A stretch of DNA of 64,000 bases from Entomortierella parvispora E1425 (taxonomy: Eukaryota > Fungi > Mortierellomycota). Shown here one piece after another: positions 47,920 to 61,450 of this stretch. A program made the position numbers and the translations under genes. The DNA lies in the NCBI GenBank assembly GCA_020891255.1, contig BQFW01000009.1:372001-436000 (forward strand), written 5' to 3'. The stretch's first letter is position 1. Every line of letters begins with the position of its first letter. The notes below the pieces were generated by a model. That model was not told where the DNA came from. It searched no databases and saw only the letters and a list, made by a program, of their open reading frames with translations.

Positions 47920-49963
47920 ATGCCACTGCTGTTGAAGGCAGTACCTCTAGTAAAGGGGTGGTATGGCGTGCATTACTGGAGCATCCCTGCTCAGCAGGAC
48001 TTGCCCGTTGAACTCGAGGTAAGGTTCCTAGGCGTGCTCGCTCTATAGGAGCCAGAAGCAAAGAAACAGAAAAGGCAAAAAAACAACATGGACCTCGCAT
48101 GCATTGCGGCATGGTCAATGTCTACAATGGAGAGACACTCATTCCCCTTTCTAGAAGACCTCAACTGACGCGTTTCTTGGTCTCACTCCTTGATAGTACA
48201 TCTCGTTTACTGAGTTTGAAGACCGATTCGCAAAGCTGAACAAGATTGCTCGGTCGAGGTATCCTACGCTCTGGCCCAATGTTGTCATGGGCCTGGTCCT
48301 CATTGCACTCACCGCCACTGCGGTCATCGGGATCATGCAGTCTGGCAGCAACCTTTCGATCTTGGGAAAAGGAGCCTGCTTCATCTTGCCTGTCCTGATC
48401 GTTGTCTGGTACAAGATCAGGAAAGAAATCAACGAGATTGCGCTCAAGAAGGTAACTATTAGGCAACATGTTTTGTTTCCCTTGTACTTCAATGTATCCT
48501 TTCTACTTCCCATCTAGTGCACACCAGCAACACGCGCGTGGCGAACCGAAAGAGATGTTTTTGTTGCTTTCCCCCTGTTGTTGCTCTTTTTTTTTTTTTT
48601 TTGTTAGCTCTGTGTGATGCCATTATTGCACAAGGACATTGATCCAAAACAAATTCTCGGCTAACCATCGGCTCTTGCGACCATTGCACCATATTAGTTC
48701 AGGCACAGATCCCAAAGGCTGCTGCGGACGTGGACAAACCAGGATGCGGCCTCTCATGCCATCCAGTGGAAGCTGCGTCTACGATCCGAAACTGTCGCTC
48801 GTCAATCTCTCAGGGCCCAAAGACACAATCTGTCAACGTCCCTCTCTCAGCTGGACCAGTCTCGCGTGATGGGATGGCAGCACTCAACCACAGATTTAAT
48901 CCCAGCCCGTGTTCCACAACAAGAGCAGCAACCACAGCAACCACAACTACCGTTACCGCCAGTGCAACAACAGCCTAATTTGGAGGGTCCATCGGATCAG
49001 GAAGGTACTTTGGGCGTCGATTTTATTTCGGCGGGAGCTGCGATTACCGGTGTTGAATCTGCAGACGAGGCTCTCGATGTACCTCCATCTCCCCGGCGCT
49101 CTTCTGTCGTGCAGATGTATCAAACGCTCAGGATAAACACCCGTCGACTTTCCAGAGCCATGGCTTCAGAAACACGATTGGAAGAGCCACGTCCCCTCCC
49201 GGTGGTCAGGACCACTACCTCATCATCTACATTATTTCGTGGAGATACGGACGTAGAGGCGTACAGCTTCAGGACAAGTTTACAGTCCATGATGAAGAGT
49301 ATACGTTGTTGCAGCTATTTCTTTCGTGAGCGCAAGGTCTGGTTGATTGAAATCTCACTAAGGGAATCTCAGCTGGACGAGTACATGCTGACAGTTCCGA
49401 GTCCAGTATACTGTGGTTATCGACTGCCTGGCTATGAAGATGCCATAGCAGGTAACCTGTCGAACACGACAACATCTATGGGAGCAGACTCTAGTCGGAT
49501 AATGCTGGATCGGTACATAGGATCTCCGCCAGACTATCTGTCAGATTCAGAGGCAGAGGACGATGGTCATGACGACGATGACGAAGATATCAATGACCGG
49601 CGCAACACCAATCATGATGATCGCGCTGGAGAGCAAAGAATCGTAACTGAAGACCTCCAGGCACCCATGCAGTCTACTCCAGAGATGGTCATGCTCAAGC
49701 AATCTGACGAGCTGACTTCGGTCGTCATTATGGGCCCTACCTCTCTGCATCAGCTAGCTGCCACCTCGTCAGGAGGGTCCGCTTCATCATCCACAGAACC
49801 TTCGACAACACGACCAGTCGAATTGACCAGTAATCGGGTCAGCACCCTCGAGGATGAAAGGACAGCCTCGACCTTGTCCTTGCCGCTGTCGACTGTCGGC
49901 GACGAAGAAGAGAGTCTTTCAGGGTCCTCGAACGGGAAGAAACCTATCTCTACTCATAGTTGA
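47920..49963 (+). CDS. Hypothetical membrane protein with 2 TM helices (ERF4/golgin-A7-like N-terminal region) and a long disordered C-terminus; 3 exons
   Basis: Spliced MPLLLKAVP...LPVELE|YISFTEFEDRFAKLNKIARS...2 hydrophobic segments...ALKK|FRHRSQRLLRTWTNQD...IQWKLR joins ORF 48866-49963 in frame. Confidence 0.6.
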
Positions 49964-50150
49964 TTTAGGAAATGATCATAGTACCTCCACTACCATGTAC
50001 ATAATGTAATTTAAGGTCCCCTCATCGTTGAAAAGAGGCGTTTTTTTTTTTTTTTCTTTTTTTTTTCTTCATACGGTCGCTTCCACTCTTGACTCTATCC
50101 GCTCAAATCGACATTCGATGATGTTTTATTGTGCTTTTTCCTTTTCGTTC

Positions 50151-51083
50151 TTAATCGAAATGAATGGGGTCCTTCTTGAGGTACTCTTCAAAAGTGGTCA
50201 GATGACCTCTGGCCTGTTTGGCCGAGTGCTCCACGAGATGCTTGGTGTCGGGTCCATAGTATCCAAAGTCGACGACGTACAAGTTCATAGCCGCCAGGGG
50301 CTCCTTGGCGCCTTCGTCCAGATAGCCCTTGTAGGCGTCAATGGAGATGGGCTGGAACTTGACCGTCTTGCCCGAGACCTTGCTGATGGTCTGCACAATC
50401 TCGTCCACCGTGTAAAGACGCGTGGCGGCGCTAAAGACCTGGTGGTGGTACTTGTCTGGGTGCTCCACCGCTGACGCGACCCACTTGCCACTGTCACCTG
50501 CCGTGTCGATCAAGGGCAACTCTGTCGTGGGCTTGTAAGGGGCGGCAATGATATAGGTGCCATCACCAGCGGGTCTGGGCTTGAGCCAGGACTGGAAATT
50601 TTGCATGAATGATCCAGGGGCGAAGAAGGTGCTCTTGATAGGCAAGGTGCGGATGTACTGCTCAATCTCCCACTTGCTGTCAAAGGCCGTCACCTCGTAC
50701 TTGTGGTTGGACAGCTTGGAAGCTGGGGGGAGAGAACTAAAGACAATCTGTTTGACGCCCGCCGCGACCGCCGCGTCGGCCACGGCCTTGCCTTGACGAG
50801 CCTCGATGGCTTTGAGATTGGGGACATATTCAGTAAAAGTGGCGAGAAAGACGGCATGAGCACCTTGCAGGACCCTGGGGAGCGAAGATGCATCGGAGCT
50901 GTCGCCCTGGACAATCTCGGCGCCCTTCTTCTCCAATGCTTTGGCTGCAGGCTTGTTGACGTCGCGGCTGACGGCTCGGATGTGGTACTTCTTGGACAGC
51001 TCTGGATCTTCCAGAAAAGTCTTGACGACGGATCCACCCTGGTTGCCGGTGGCACCAAAGACGACAAGGATTTGCTTGGACAT
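50151..51083 (-). CDS. NmrA-like family NAD(P)-binding protein
   Basis: ILVVFGATGNQGGSV, AVSRD, QGKAVADAA...GVKQIVFSS, FDSKWEIEQYIR; strong codon bias, intronless. Confidence 0.93.
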   Translation of the reverse strand: MSKQILVVFGATGNQGGSVVKTFLEDPELSKKYHIRAVSRDVNKPAAKALEKKGAEIVQGDSSDASSLPRVLQGAHAVFLATFTEYVPNLKAIEARQGKAVADAAVAAGVKQIVFSSLPPASKLSNHKYEVTAFDSKWEIEQYIRTLPIKSTFFAPGSFMQNFQSWLKPRPAGDGTYIIAAPYKPTTELPLIDTAGDSGKWVASAVEHPDKYHHQVFSAATRLYTVDEIVQTISKVSGKTVKFQPISIDAYKGYLDEGAKEPLAAMNLYVVDFGYYGPDTKHLVEHSAKQARGHLTTFEEYLKKDPIHFD

Positions 51084-52611
51084 GGTTGTTGTATTTACAG
51101 TTGTTTGTGGATGATTTGAGCGGGAGATGGAGTGAGTGAGCGAGTGAGTGCGTGGCGAGAAAGAGAAAATGGGTTAGAAACTGAACGTGTGTTTTCGGGG
51201 CGTGGGAGTTCCTCTTTATACAAAAAATGAAATTTGTGACGGAGTTTCTTCATCCTAAAAACGCAATGGTGCGTGGATGCTTTGTCACCAGTTTTGGCAT
51301 GATTGACTGACAAAATGGTGCAAGCGCGTCTGTGCTTGAGAGGTCAAGACGTCCAACTGAACATGTTTGACTGTACTCCCTCCAGTAGAAGCAGCCAATT
51401 GCTTTGTCATCCGATTTTTTGAGTGTATTTCTAGAGGGCACCAGGGCGCCGCAGCTGCTGCGCAGTATGTCTGGCTTCTTGCATCTACCTCGTCTCTTGC
51501 TTTTTCATTTCCCGCGGCTTTTAATCTGGCTGCGGCTGCATTGCTGTCATTCCCCATCCACCGCAGAGCCCTCACAGTTCACATAGTTCTGTTGACCTGT
51601 TTGGCAAGTTTCGGACTGAGCTCTTGCATTACCTTGCACTCGTGGTGAAAGTCAGGCCTAAAGTTCAACTTCAATTGTTATTATCCCCCCCCCTTTTTTT
51701 TTGGGATCAAAAGGATTCATATTATGGAGGGTGTTTGGAAGTATTCCTGTTGATGATGTCGACGATACGCACACAAAAAGAGTCTTTACCTGTTGGAGAG
51801 TTGAAAGTGCTAAAGATGAAAGATGAAGAATTGTGGATTGTGTCTTTTAAACCTGCATAAAGTGGAGCTCGGAGAGGAGAGGTAAAGGTTGTGAAAGCAA
51901 GGGGGAAACAACCATGGCCACAAAAGAGGACAATGGCAAGGGCAAACAAAAATTCAAGAAAGGGCAAGAATTCGAATGCGCATTGCAGATCTTCGTCCAC
52001 CTATCAGTGGCAAACCGCGACGTCGCATCATCTCTCCTACCTCTTCAACTCAAGGTCCTGTACAGTACAACCAACGCGTCATGATTTTTCGACTCCTCCT
52101 CTTTATCGTCAGTTGACAATAATCCTTGTTGGACGGCTACATCGTCACTGAATTTTTTGGACCCAGCTCCTACTCGAGACACAGGCCCTCTGGTTTGAGG
52201 GGGCGGCTGTCCACACCGGGGTTGCCTTTTGTTTTCATCTAGCTCCGCCATAGATTTCGATACTTGTCGTTCAGCTTTGGATCTTTGAATCATTCCTTCA
52301 TTGTTCTCTGGTGGAGCAACCCAACCCTCACACGTTGACTGCCCCCAAGTGAACAGCCGCAAAGCAAACCAATCTTGCAGGGCCGCAATCCTATTTATTC
52401 TTGCAGACCGTCAAGACTCCAACAAAATTGACTTTGGTTGACTCAACGCCATTTTTTGTGCCTGCGGCGTGTGTCTGTGTGGGCTCTCGATTCTCACATA
52501 AGAAGCCAAGTGATCCACCAGTTTCCCCTGTCCTTCCATCTCTCCATCAAGAACAGCTCCCGGTCTTCTCTCTCCGCTTCCTTGTCTTTCCTCCCTACCT
52601 CGCAACGTACC

Positions 52612-53381
52612 ATGGAGCAACTACTAGCACAAAGGAAATCAGTCCACGACATGACCGCTGAAGAAATCGAGCAACTCCAAGCATTGCACGACTCGTTCCG
52701 TCCTCGGTGGATCACACCCACCGTACAGGTCGGCCCCTTGATGCCGTCGGACAGGGATGACTTGCTCAAGTACCTGAACGATCCAAGAATCGTCAACACC
52801 TTGGTGGGACCTCCCAAACCTTACCTCCCCGAACATGCAGATGGCTGGATCCGGACTAGGATCGAAAGACTGTCGTTGAAGGGCTCGCCTTTGGAATGTG
52901 CGATCAGGGACATGGAAAAGGGCGGCAAGCTCATTGGAGCGGTCCGCGTCTCGGATGGACCTGACGATCAACTGGAGGGCGATGATGTGGGGTAAGTCGA
53001 GGGCCAGCCACCCAAACACTTACCTAGAGTCTCTTTTAGGATGCTTTTTTTTGGGCCGAGAAATCCTAACAAAGCGATGGATGTTTTTGTAGTTACTGGC
53101 TCGCGGCAGAGTACCATGGACAGGGTCTCATGGCCAAAGCACTGAAGCTGATGCTGCAAGACATTTCAATCAAGGAGGCAGGCAAACGCAAGTTCAATGC
53201 ACATGCTCATATCGGCAACTGGGCGAGTCGCAGGACGTTGGAGAAGGCTGGCTTTGTGTATCTGTCAGAAGTTCACTTGCACGGTCTCCAAATCTGGCGA
53301 TTCCGTCAGTACCTCACAGAAGAAGATTTGGCTGTCAGAGAAGTGGCCGTCGAGGCTGTCCCACTGCCATCGCTCAGTTGA
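52612..53381 (+). CDS. GNAT acetyltransferase, RimJ/RimL family; 2 exons (intron ~52992-53090)
   Basis: Spliced DDVG|YWLAAEYHGQGLMAKAL; GNWASRRTLEKAGF motif. Confidence 0.9.
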
Positions 53382-53532
53382 GAAACCGATATTCTAGAAA
53401 GGCTGGAAAGAATGGCTTTCATCCCTCCTTTACATCTACCACGAAACATACCCCCCAAAGAAGAACAGTGGTGATAAAGAAAGAATGAATGAAATTATAT
53501 TATACAGGGCGCGTTTTATGATCTATTCTTGC

Positions 53533-55359
53533 TCAAGGAGCAGCACGCTCATAGGACGTGTGGTTCAAACAAACATGCTTCAGTTGACGCAATGGCCCCA
53601 GACTGACGAGCAACTCTCGCGTCTGTGTCTCCAGTCCAGAGGTCCGTTGTTGGTATAGTGCCTGTTGGCGTCTTTCAATCTGGTCTCGCCAATGCAGGTC
53701 TCGTGCCTCCGTTCTCGTTGTTTTCACAGGACGCCAGCCAAGTTTTGAAAGCTCGACCTCCTGTGCTGTGGTGGTTGCAGGTGGTTCAATAGAAGCGTTT
53801 GCGGGAGCTGACGACAACGTGGAAAGAGCTGGTGAAGATGTGTCGCACATGTAGAGTCCATGAATGGCCAAAGACTCCATTTCGGTCGACCCCCACGATT
53901 GTTTCGAGAACTCGTCCACAGCAGCCACTCGAGGATCGACATTGACAAGAGGAGCCGAATCAGGGGCAGCCGCAGTCGCTGTACTCTCGTTGTTGTTCAC
54001 CCGAACAGCCAACGTGGCGTCCCAACTCAGTTGTAGCTCCTTGAGTCCTCGCAAGGCTCCCTTGAGTCTCTGTATGGATCGCATCTCTTGAATCCTGTTT
54101 ACATGCGACTCGGCCTCCGTCTCATGAAAGCTCAGACTCAGAGTCTTTAACGAAACTTCACCATGTCGAATCAATGCCTCTGTCAACGGCGATTCCATCC
54201 TAGACGACGACTGCTGGAAGTGAAGGTTGTACAACTCTGTTTCCTGAGGCGTATGGTCACCAGGGGCATGATGGTCCATTGGACTCTGATAGTGGACAAG
54301 AGAGACCATGTCTGCCGAAAAGGACTCGAGCCGACCGCAACTCTGGATCAACGCCGCACATTCAGAGCCGTTCAAGAAACAGTCGCTCTTGAGCATATTT
54401 GAGAGGTTGGACGTAATCTTGATCGAGCTCAGCTCAGGACAGCACTCTTTCAGATTCTTGGAAAGTCGGATGATCTCTGGATCCACGTCCTCATATCCAT
54501 GTCCATGACTTGACGTCGTGCTGGCGGCAGCGGCGGCGGCGGCAAGAGCCTGGTCGTTGTTCAAGTTGTTGTTGTCCCAGTTGTTGGCATTTTCGAGTAG
54601 GTTCATCATGGCAGACACTGTGGCCGTTGAATTGGCTCTCCTGGTCTTGGAGCCAGTCAAAGAAAGCCTCTGCAAGCGTGGACAGCATCGTACGAGGTCG
54701 ACCATGGCCGGGCTCTCTTCCTCTCCAAAGGCCACCTGCAGCTCTGTCAGGAACGGTAGCTCAAGGCCCTCAATCGAGGTCACGCCTGCGACTCTGCTCA
54801 TCATTTGCAAGTTCATGAGTTGACTAGCGTTGTTCCTCAGAACCTTGACAAAGATGCCCTCGCCCAGACTGAATCCAGAGGTGCGAAACTCGTCCAAGCG
54901 GGCGAGGCCCATCAGAGCCTTCAATTCGAGTTCCCATTCCTGCTGTTGTTCCAATGTCTCGATCCTGCGGTGGAACGGGCCACCCCAGACCAGTCGCTTC
55001 AGACCAGGGTTGGAGACCAACAAGTCGCGGGACCATTCCTGGCCATAGACGGTCCAGAGCTCAATCAGGTTCCTGCAGTGGAAGGGACCCTTGAAGGGAC
55101 CTGTGGAGGTGATGATGCGGAAGTAGGGCGAGTACTTTGCAAGGATGTGGGCAGGGATGGAGCGCATCCTGAAGCCGTCATAGATATACCAGAGCGTGGG
55201 TAAGAGTTGGGACCGAAAGAGCTTTGAGACCAGGGCACAGCTCAGGAGGGGTGTTGGGTTGAACTCTCGAGAGAGGCCATGGCCTGTCCACAGGGGCAAG
55301 AATTGGCCGATGCGGGTGATGATCTCTGGCAGTTCCAAGGCGTGATGTTGAAGCGCCAT
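53533..55359 (-). CDS. F-box-like/RNI-type LRR protein (608 aa from ATG 55359)
   Basis: HALELPEIITRIGQFLP...LLSCALVSKLFRSQLLPTLW F-box-like start, followed by L-x-x-L-x-L repeats (CPRLQRLSL, CPELSSIKI, LKELQL). Confidence 0.8.
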   Translation of the reverse strand: MALQHHALELPEIITRIGQFLPLWTGHGLSREFNPTPLLSCALVSKLFRSQLLPTLWYIYDGFRMRSIPAHILAKYSPYFRIITSTGPFKGPFHCRNLIELWTVYGQEWSRDLLVSNPGLKRLVWGGPFHRRIETLEQQQEWELELKALMGLARLDEFRTSGFSLGEGIFVKVLRNNASQLMNLQMMSRVAGVTSIEGLELPFLTELQVAFGEEESPAMVDLVRCCPRLQRLSLTGSKTRRANSTATVSAMMNLLENANNWDNNNLNNDQALAAAAAAASTTSSHGHGYEDVDPEIIRLSKNLKECCPELSSIKITSNLSNMLKSDCFLNGSECAALIQSCGRLESFSADMVSLVHYQSPMDHHAPGDHTPQETELYNLHFQQSSSRMESPLTEALIRHGEVSLKTLSLSFHETEAESHVNRIQEMRSIQRLKGALRGLKELQLSWDATLAVRVNNNESTATAAAPDSAPLVNVDPRVAAVDEFSKQSWGSTEMESLAIHGLYMCDTSSPALSTLSSAPANASIEPPATTTAQEVELSKLGWRPVKTTRTEARDLHWRDQIERRQQALYQQRTSGLETQTRELLVSLGPLRQLKHVCLNHTSYERAAP

Positions 55360-55991
55360 GATGCGAGGTGTGGATGAATGCAAAGAGAGGGATGCGGTGT
55401 GAATGAAGCAGGGGGATGAAGTGGACAAGAGACAAGCAAGCACGAAAGAAAAGGAGGCCAGGCAGGCAGGCAAGGGTGCACTGTGTCCGTGGACAGCAAA
55501 AGCGGCCATGGGCTTTGAGCGTGCCCCAGCATTCTTCCAATTGGTCGCAGCCGTGCGGGGAAGGGATAAACAACAACAAACAGCCAAAAAGGGACATGCG
55601 AAGAAACCCATTTTGTTCGCACGCTTTGAGCCTTGGCCTCGGCTCGGCGAGCGCAAGGGTGACCTCAGAGCTGTAGCCATTGACTCCATCATGAGCAGTG
55701 TGGACATCGGGATCAGTTACTGGGTAGTGATGAGTGCATTCATGAAGACACAAATACAAGGAGAAATGAGCAAAGGGTGGCTGTGCCGAATTGGTGGCAA
55801 ATGCACTGACCAAGAAGCCTCTTCTGGGGTTACGATAGAGCTGTAAAGAGGTACAACTTCAAGCGAAGACGTGCAAGGTAGGCTCTGCACACGAGCGCCA
55901 CAGGATTTCACTCTTTCTTTTCCAGAGTAACAGAGATGCGACGTCCTTTATATCCATTCAAATATCATTATTTTCTATAACTCTTTCATGC

Positions 55992-58900
55992 TCACACCCA
56001 CTGCTGCTGCAACAAGCGCTCGACGCCATGCTTGCGACCATAAAACATGGCTTGGTTGCGCTCCAGAACTGCACGGATGCCCAATCTAGCCTGCGCCATC
56101 TTTCGGTCATCCTCCGACACTGCACTAGCACCGTCACTGGTCACCACCTCCCAATCCCTTCTCAAGGACTCTTCCTGCTCCTTTTCATTCTCTGGATCGC
56201 CGGCAGTGGCAACGCCAGCAAAAGCAAACTGTCGCAGCGCCTTGTTATCTCTCAAATGAGATTCCAAACTACCCATCCACTTGGCCGCCAAGGACCAGAC
56301 TCCTTCCGCCGCTCGACTATCACCCGAATCCAAAGCCGATTGGAACACCAGGGACCAGAACGAGGTTGAGGCCCAACTCTGGGGCAGATAAATCTTCAGC
56401 TCTTGAATCGTTCGATTAGTCTCCAAATGGTCCACCAGGGTCTTGAACGACGACACTGCGTATTCGTAGGAGAGTTTAGCCGCCAGGGCGTAGTTGCTGT
56501 TGGGCACCGCAGCCCCACCTAACACAGCTGCGTCGTCAACCACAAGTGAAATCAGGTTGCTGTTCAATCCCAAAGTCTGAGCGATGGCTTCCAATCCCAG
56601 CCGAGAGAGTCGAATATGGGTCAAGAAAGGATGAAGGCTCAGGGTATGCATGACCTCAATGTCCATAAAGAGCCTTCCTGTTTGTTGTTGTGCTTGAATG
56701 GCAGTGCAGTACTGGTTCAGACTGACACGTCGAAGGGTCGAGACTGCGGGTCCCTTGGCGGCTGTCTGCTCCATGGTTTGAATCAAATCCGTCAATCCCG
56801 TTTTGGTCATCTGATTATCGGAGAGGTAGAGTGTGTGTAGGATACCAGGGGATCGGCTCTGGAAAGCGCGGCTAAGATGTGAGGCCGCACTGTCAGTAAA
56901 ACCAGTGTTGGCCAACAAGAGGTACTTGAGTCCACGCTGCTTGGTCTCGAACTGGGCCTTCTTATCTGAGGGCCAGATCGAATCCAAGAGCAACATGCAT
57001 CCTGCAGGTCCAATAGCTGGATTTTCACTCAGGTTCAACAGGATGAGATTCAAGGATGTCGGCATGACGAGCGTTGACAGGTCCTTGATACCATCGGCGT
57101 CCAAGCTGTTCTCGGAAAGATCCAACACGACCAGTCGACGAAGGTGCTTGTGAGTGCTGCAAATGGTCTTGAGACCAGAGCTCTTGAGTCGGGCGTTCTT
57201 AAGAGTCAGGTGCGTCATGTCCGTGTTCTCGACAATAATCTTTTTCATATTGGCGATGGCCATGTCCGTATCCAGCAAGACTCCGTCGAGATGAATATCC
57301 ACGGCCTTGCCAAGGAACATTCCAAGTTTGTTTCGGAGCAAGTACGGCATACCCGTAATCTTGACAATTTGAAGGTGATAACACTCAAAGATTCGTCGCA
57401 TGTACAGATAGATGTTGTTGGCGTCCGGCAACTCTGCCAGTCCTGGTTTCTGGTGTCCATGAATCTCTACCCGGGTCATGTGGGTGGACGTGAGAGCCAA
57501 GGAAAGACTCTCAAACAGCTTTTGGTTCTTGGTAAAGACAGCCGCAATCCCTCTATCGGGTTGATCGAAAAACGACGATGAGAGATGAAGGACCACCTGC
57601 TTCGGATCGGTGGCCTTTGGAGCGGACATCTTTTGATAGACCACACTCATCCTTGTGAACACCTCGATGGCTAAAGCGTTGTAGAGCTTGGCCTCTGTCC
57701 GAAGACCATTGAACACAGGGAGACTGATAAGATCTGGCAGCTTTGCTTGTTGGTCATGCCACGCATAGCGACCTGATTCAAATCCTGCAATACAGTTGTG
57801 GCAAACCCAAAGGGTTTGGGGCTGCTGTTGGGTTTGGTAGTGGTGATGTTGTCCTTTGAGAGGCAGAGTGATCTTGCAGAGTCCGCCTGTCCAGTCTGAC
57901 GACAACCTGGAGCCGGTAATGTCCCGCATCAACTTTGCCAGGGCGTCCATGTGCCGATATTCGAACAAATGCTTCTCGATCAACACTTTTCCAGTGTCTT
58001 TCGTAGGGGTTCCGTAGTGTCCTCCAGCCAAGGGTGTATCTGTACCTCCTGAAGCCGTCACAGATGCTCCTCTGGCCACACGCGAGTGATCAGTTTCGGG
58101 AGGATCCAGAGGATAGGTCACCTTTTCAACTGGCTGGGCGATTTTCAAAAACTTTTCTGCGTGGTTTGCCAATGACTTTCCAAAAGACGGCTCCAGACTA
58201 GAAGATAACATCCATCCTGTGATCGCCATCTGCCTCAATATAGTTCCATGCGCCGTAATGATTGCTTCCGGATTATTGACACTGTAACCCTGGTCCTCTG
58301 GCATGTGAAGTGCATGGTGGTGTGGAGGTCCACGGGTTCCATCCTTGATTAAAATTGCTTGGCATGGTGCCATGATACGGAAGGGCGTAAAGTGGCCATT
58401 GGTCGAAGACGAAGTCAAAGGAGGGGCCACAATGAAGCAAGATGGCATGTCTTCAATTGGCAATCCCATCAACGCAGTAATCGTGTCAGGATGGAGGTTG
58501 GCTGGAATAGTACCTCGACGAACGCTGCTGGTGTCGCTAGCTCCAGCCCTGATATTGCGGCTTTGGTGGTTCAAGTAGCCGGTATTGTTCCTTTCCAGGC
58601 TTGTAGAGGATCGATCCGACAAGGCGGTATCTCGGCGATGGACTGATCCAGACTGTGTACACAAAGAGAGAATATGAGACATTCCAAGGAGGAAAGAGGA
58701 CGATTGGTTAGAAAAGGGGATCTATGAAAGAGTGCTCAGAATCGTTTAGCTCCTAGTCACACATGCTTACAGATGCCACAGAGGCGTTGCGTTGGAAGCC
58801 TCCCGAATTATCACTCGACTGGCCGAGAGAAAGATTAGACAGCGGTCCCGAGAGACTGAGTGTAAGGTTGGCCAACTCCTGGTTTGCCTGGACGGGGGAC

Positions 58901-59541
58901 ATGGTCATACTCTGACGATAAGGGTTTAGCAATGAGTCTGGCAACGGGCTTCCTGGCGAGGGCAACTGCTGTTGCACGCTGAACACACTGCTAGATTCTG
59001 AGGGCTGTCTCGGCCTTTCTTGGTAATGCGCTGAGGATGGCGCAGGAGGGATAGCCTGATGGTACTGCTGAGGTGAGAGAATCGGCGATGGCGGCAAGGG
59101 CGACTGCGACTGCTGTCTTGGAATCTGAACCTTTGGATACTGTTGAGGCTGGTGGCCTGGACGGGTATAGTTCGCTGCCGGCTGCGGCGAGTACTGGTCT
59201 GCGGGTTGGCCATAAGATGCAGCCACTGGAGCATATTGAACAGGTTGAGGCATGGGTAGAGGCTGCGAGAAGACTGATCCTTGCTTATGAGCATGATGAT
59301 TGTCTTGTGGATGGTATTGGGCCGAATGACTGTACGGATGGATGGGCTGGGTTTGCATTTGTGGCTGCTGTGGGGGAGGATAACCTGAATAAGCTGGGAA
59401 ACCTGGCTGATATGACGTCTGGTGTGACCGAGCAGGTTGTTGCTGCTGCTGCTGTTGCTGTGGCAGGGGTGTTTGGTAGTAGCCTGGATAGCCTTGATAT
59501 TGCTGCTGTTGAGCCAGAGGAGGCTTATAGACAACAGGCAC
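55992..59541 (-). CDS. Large protein with a Pro/Gln-rich N-terminus and RNI-like leucine-rich repeats; 2 exons (intron ~58767-58653)
   Basis: SVAS|gtaagc donor and acacag|SGSVH acceptor join two long ORFs; LDLSENSLDADG, LNLSENPAIGPAG, LLLANTGFTDSAA, LYLSDNQMTKTG. Confidence 0.8.
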
Positions 59542-59929
59542 GATGGGAGGAGGCTGCTGCAGAGCAAGAGATCCACCCCTGGTGGGAATCTGCCGGTGCT
59601 GTGCTACTTCAGCTCGAGTACCTTCATCATCATAATCGAGAGGAAGGTCAAATCCTTGTATGTACTGGTTCAGCGAGTCGCTCTATGTAGTCAGGATGCA
59701 AAAAAGAACTCGGAGTTATGAAAATGCTCATCATATGCCACGCTTCTTTCATTTTCCAGTCGGAGAAGGAAGTGTCTATGCATTTACGGTCGGGGGTGTT
59801 GGAAAAGGGTCTGCGATGGTGCCAGCCTGAGGGTTCCTGCGGGCGGAAGCGGAGGTTGCAAGTGTCGACATTTGTGGCTATGTGAGAATTGACTGTTCTT
59901 GGTGGCTAGTCTTTGATGAATGTCCTTCC

Positions 59930-60205
59930 GAGAAAGAGGAGAAGGACGGTTGGGAACAGAGGGTGGGAAGGAAGAGACGGAGGGCGGGAAGAGGAGAAGA
60001 GGAGAAGAGGAGAAGAGGACAGAGGGATCAAAAGAGGAAAAGAGAAAGAGAGAGGGAGAGAGAGCAAAGGGCAACGAGAGATAAAGACACAACACAGACA
60101 CAACACAGACACAGGCACAAAAGAGGGCGGCAGATTCACACCACAACAACTCAACAACTCAACAACTCAACAACACAACAACACAACAACACAACAACAA
60201 AAAGG
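59930..60205 (+). repeat. Low-complexity GA-rich and caaca(a/c)-type microsatellite tract
   Basis: gaggagaag and caactcaa/caacacaa iterations are directly visible. Confidence 0.8.
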
Positions 60206-61419
60206 CACACCCGCAGAACGAGCGGGAAAGTGAGCGCAAAAGTGAAAAAGGCAAGTGTGAGATGAGAGGGAGGGAATCAAAGTGAGCAGCCGGCTGAATG
60301 GTGCGCTGCTACGTGGCCTGGGATACAAAAGGCGAAGCCTGTCCTATCTGTCGATTCGGCCTGCTCTGTCTGTCTGTCTGTCTGTCGTTCTGTCTGTCTG
60401 TCTGTTCGCCTTCCCCTGTCCAGGGGCCACCGACCGACCACCCAGAGGGACCCTCTCCCCTGCCAGCACTGGTTGGTCGTCCTGTGTCACCGTTCAAGAC
60501 GCTCTCGACCCTGTTGTTTGTCGATGGATTGGGTTATTTTGGCTTTTTGTTGTCAAGACGCCTCTTGTGACAGCACTCTTCAGCCGATCGCTCCTCCTTC
60601 CAGGCCCCCTCTGCTGTTCTTGGGCTTGCCCTTTGCTCTGCTCCCTTCTGCTCTTCCCTGCCCTGCTCTCGTCGTTCATCGAATTCTGTTTAACGTTGGA
60701 TGGCGTGAAACCATAAAACACAGGTGCCAATTATCGCCCCTCCCTCCTCGTGCAAGCAGTGCTTGGTCTTGCTTTTGGCTTTCATGGTGGCTCAACGGTA
60801 TCGCCGGGAGAGAGTGAAAGATCTCGGCAGGCCAGTCTGTAGTCCAAGATGAAAACCTTGTTCTCGTTTGCCCTCTGGTTGTCAAATCAGCCCAGCGAAA
60901 AAAGAAAAAAAGAAAATGCATGTACCCGCCACGGTACATGTACTTTAGCGATCGCGTGACTCTGTTTAAGCACAGGAGCCAGTCAAAGGATGGCATTCCA
61001 GACGTTCATTTTTGCTCTGAGGAGACCATAAACCCTCGCATCCTAATTCCCCTCCCTGTCTCTCGTATCCTTATCTCATCGTCTTAACTTTGTTCCTCTT
61101 TCGTGCAAATAGGTACTTTGGACTGACAGTCGAATAATGAGATGGGCTGAAAGCTGAACTCTAGCGCGCCTCTTTGCCAGCATTGGCTCGGTACACTTGG
61201 TCGGTTGGATGCCGAAACACAGAACAGGGAGTACGCTTCACTCGCCCCTGGTAATCTTTTTGCTCGTTGCTGGCTTCCAACGCCAGTTCCCATTGACAAT
61301 TTACCGCTGCATTGGATCCATTTTTATTTATCGCCTCAAGTTTCACACGAGGGGGAAAGTTGCGCTCCTCCCATTTCTTTCCGGTGAAGAGGAACCAGCA
61401 GCTTCTAGGCCGTCACTCC

Positions 61420-61450
<31 letters not shown>

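Noticed and set aside
55360-55707. 116-aa N-terminal extension of the F-box ORF in the ORF track
   Set aside because: The F-box motif begins right after ATG 55359, as is typical for the family; the extension reads like 5' UTR.
60918-60942. 8-bp stem hairpin catgtacc-cgccac-ggtacatg
   Set aside because: Short and isolated, with no CTRR end or U-tract nearby; expected by chance.
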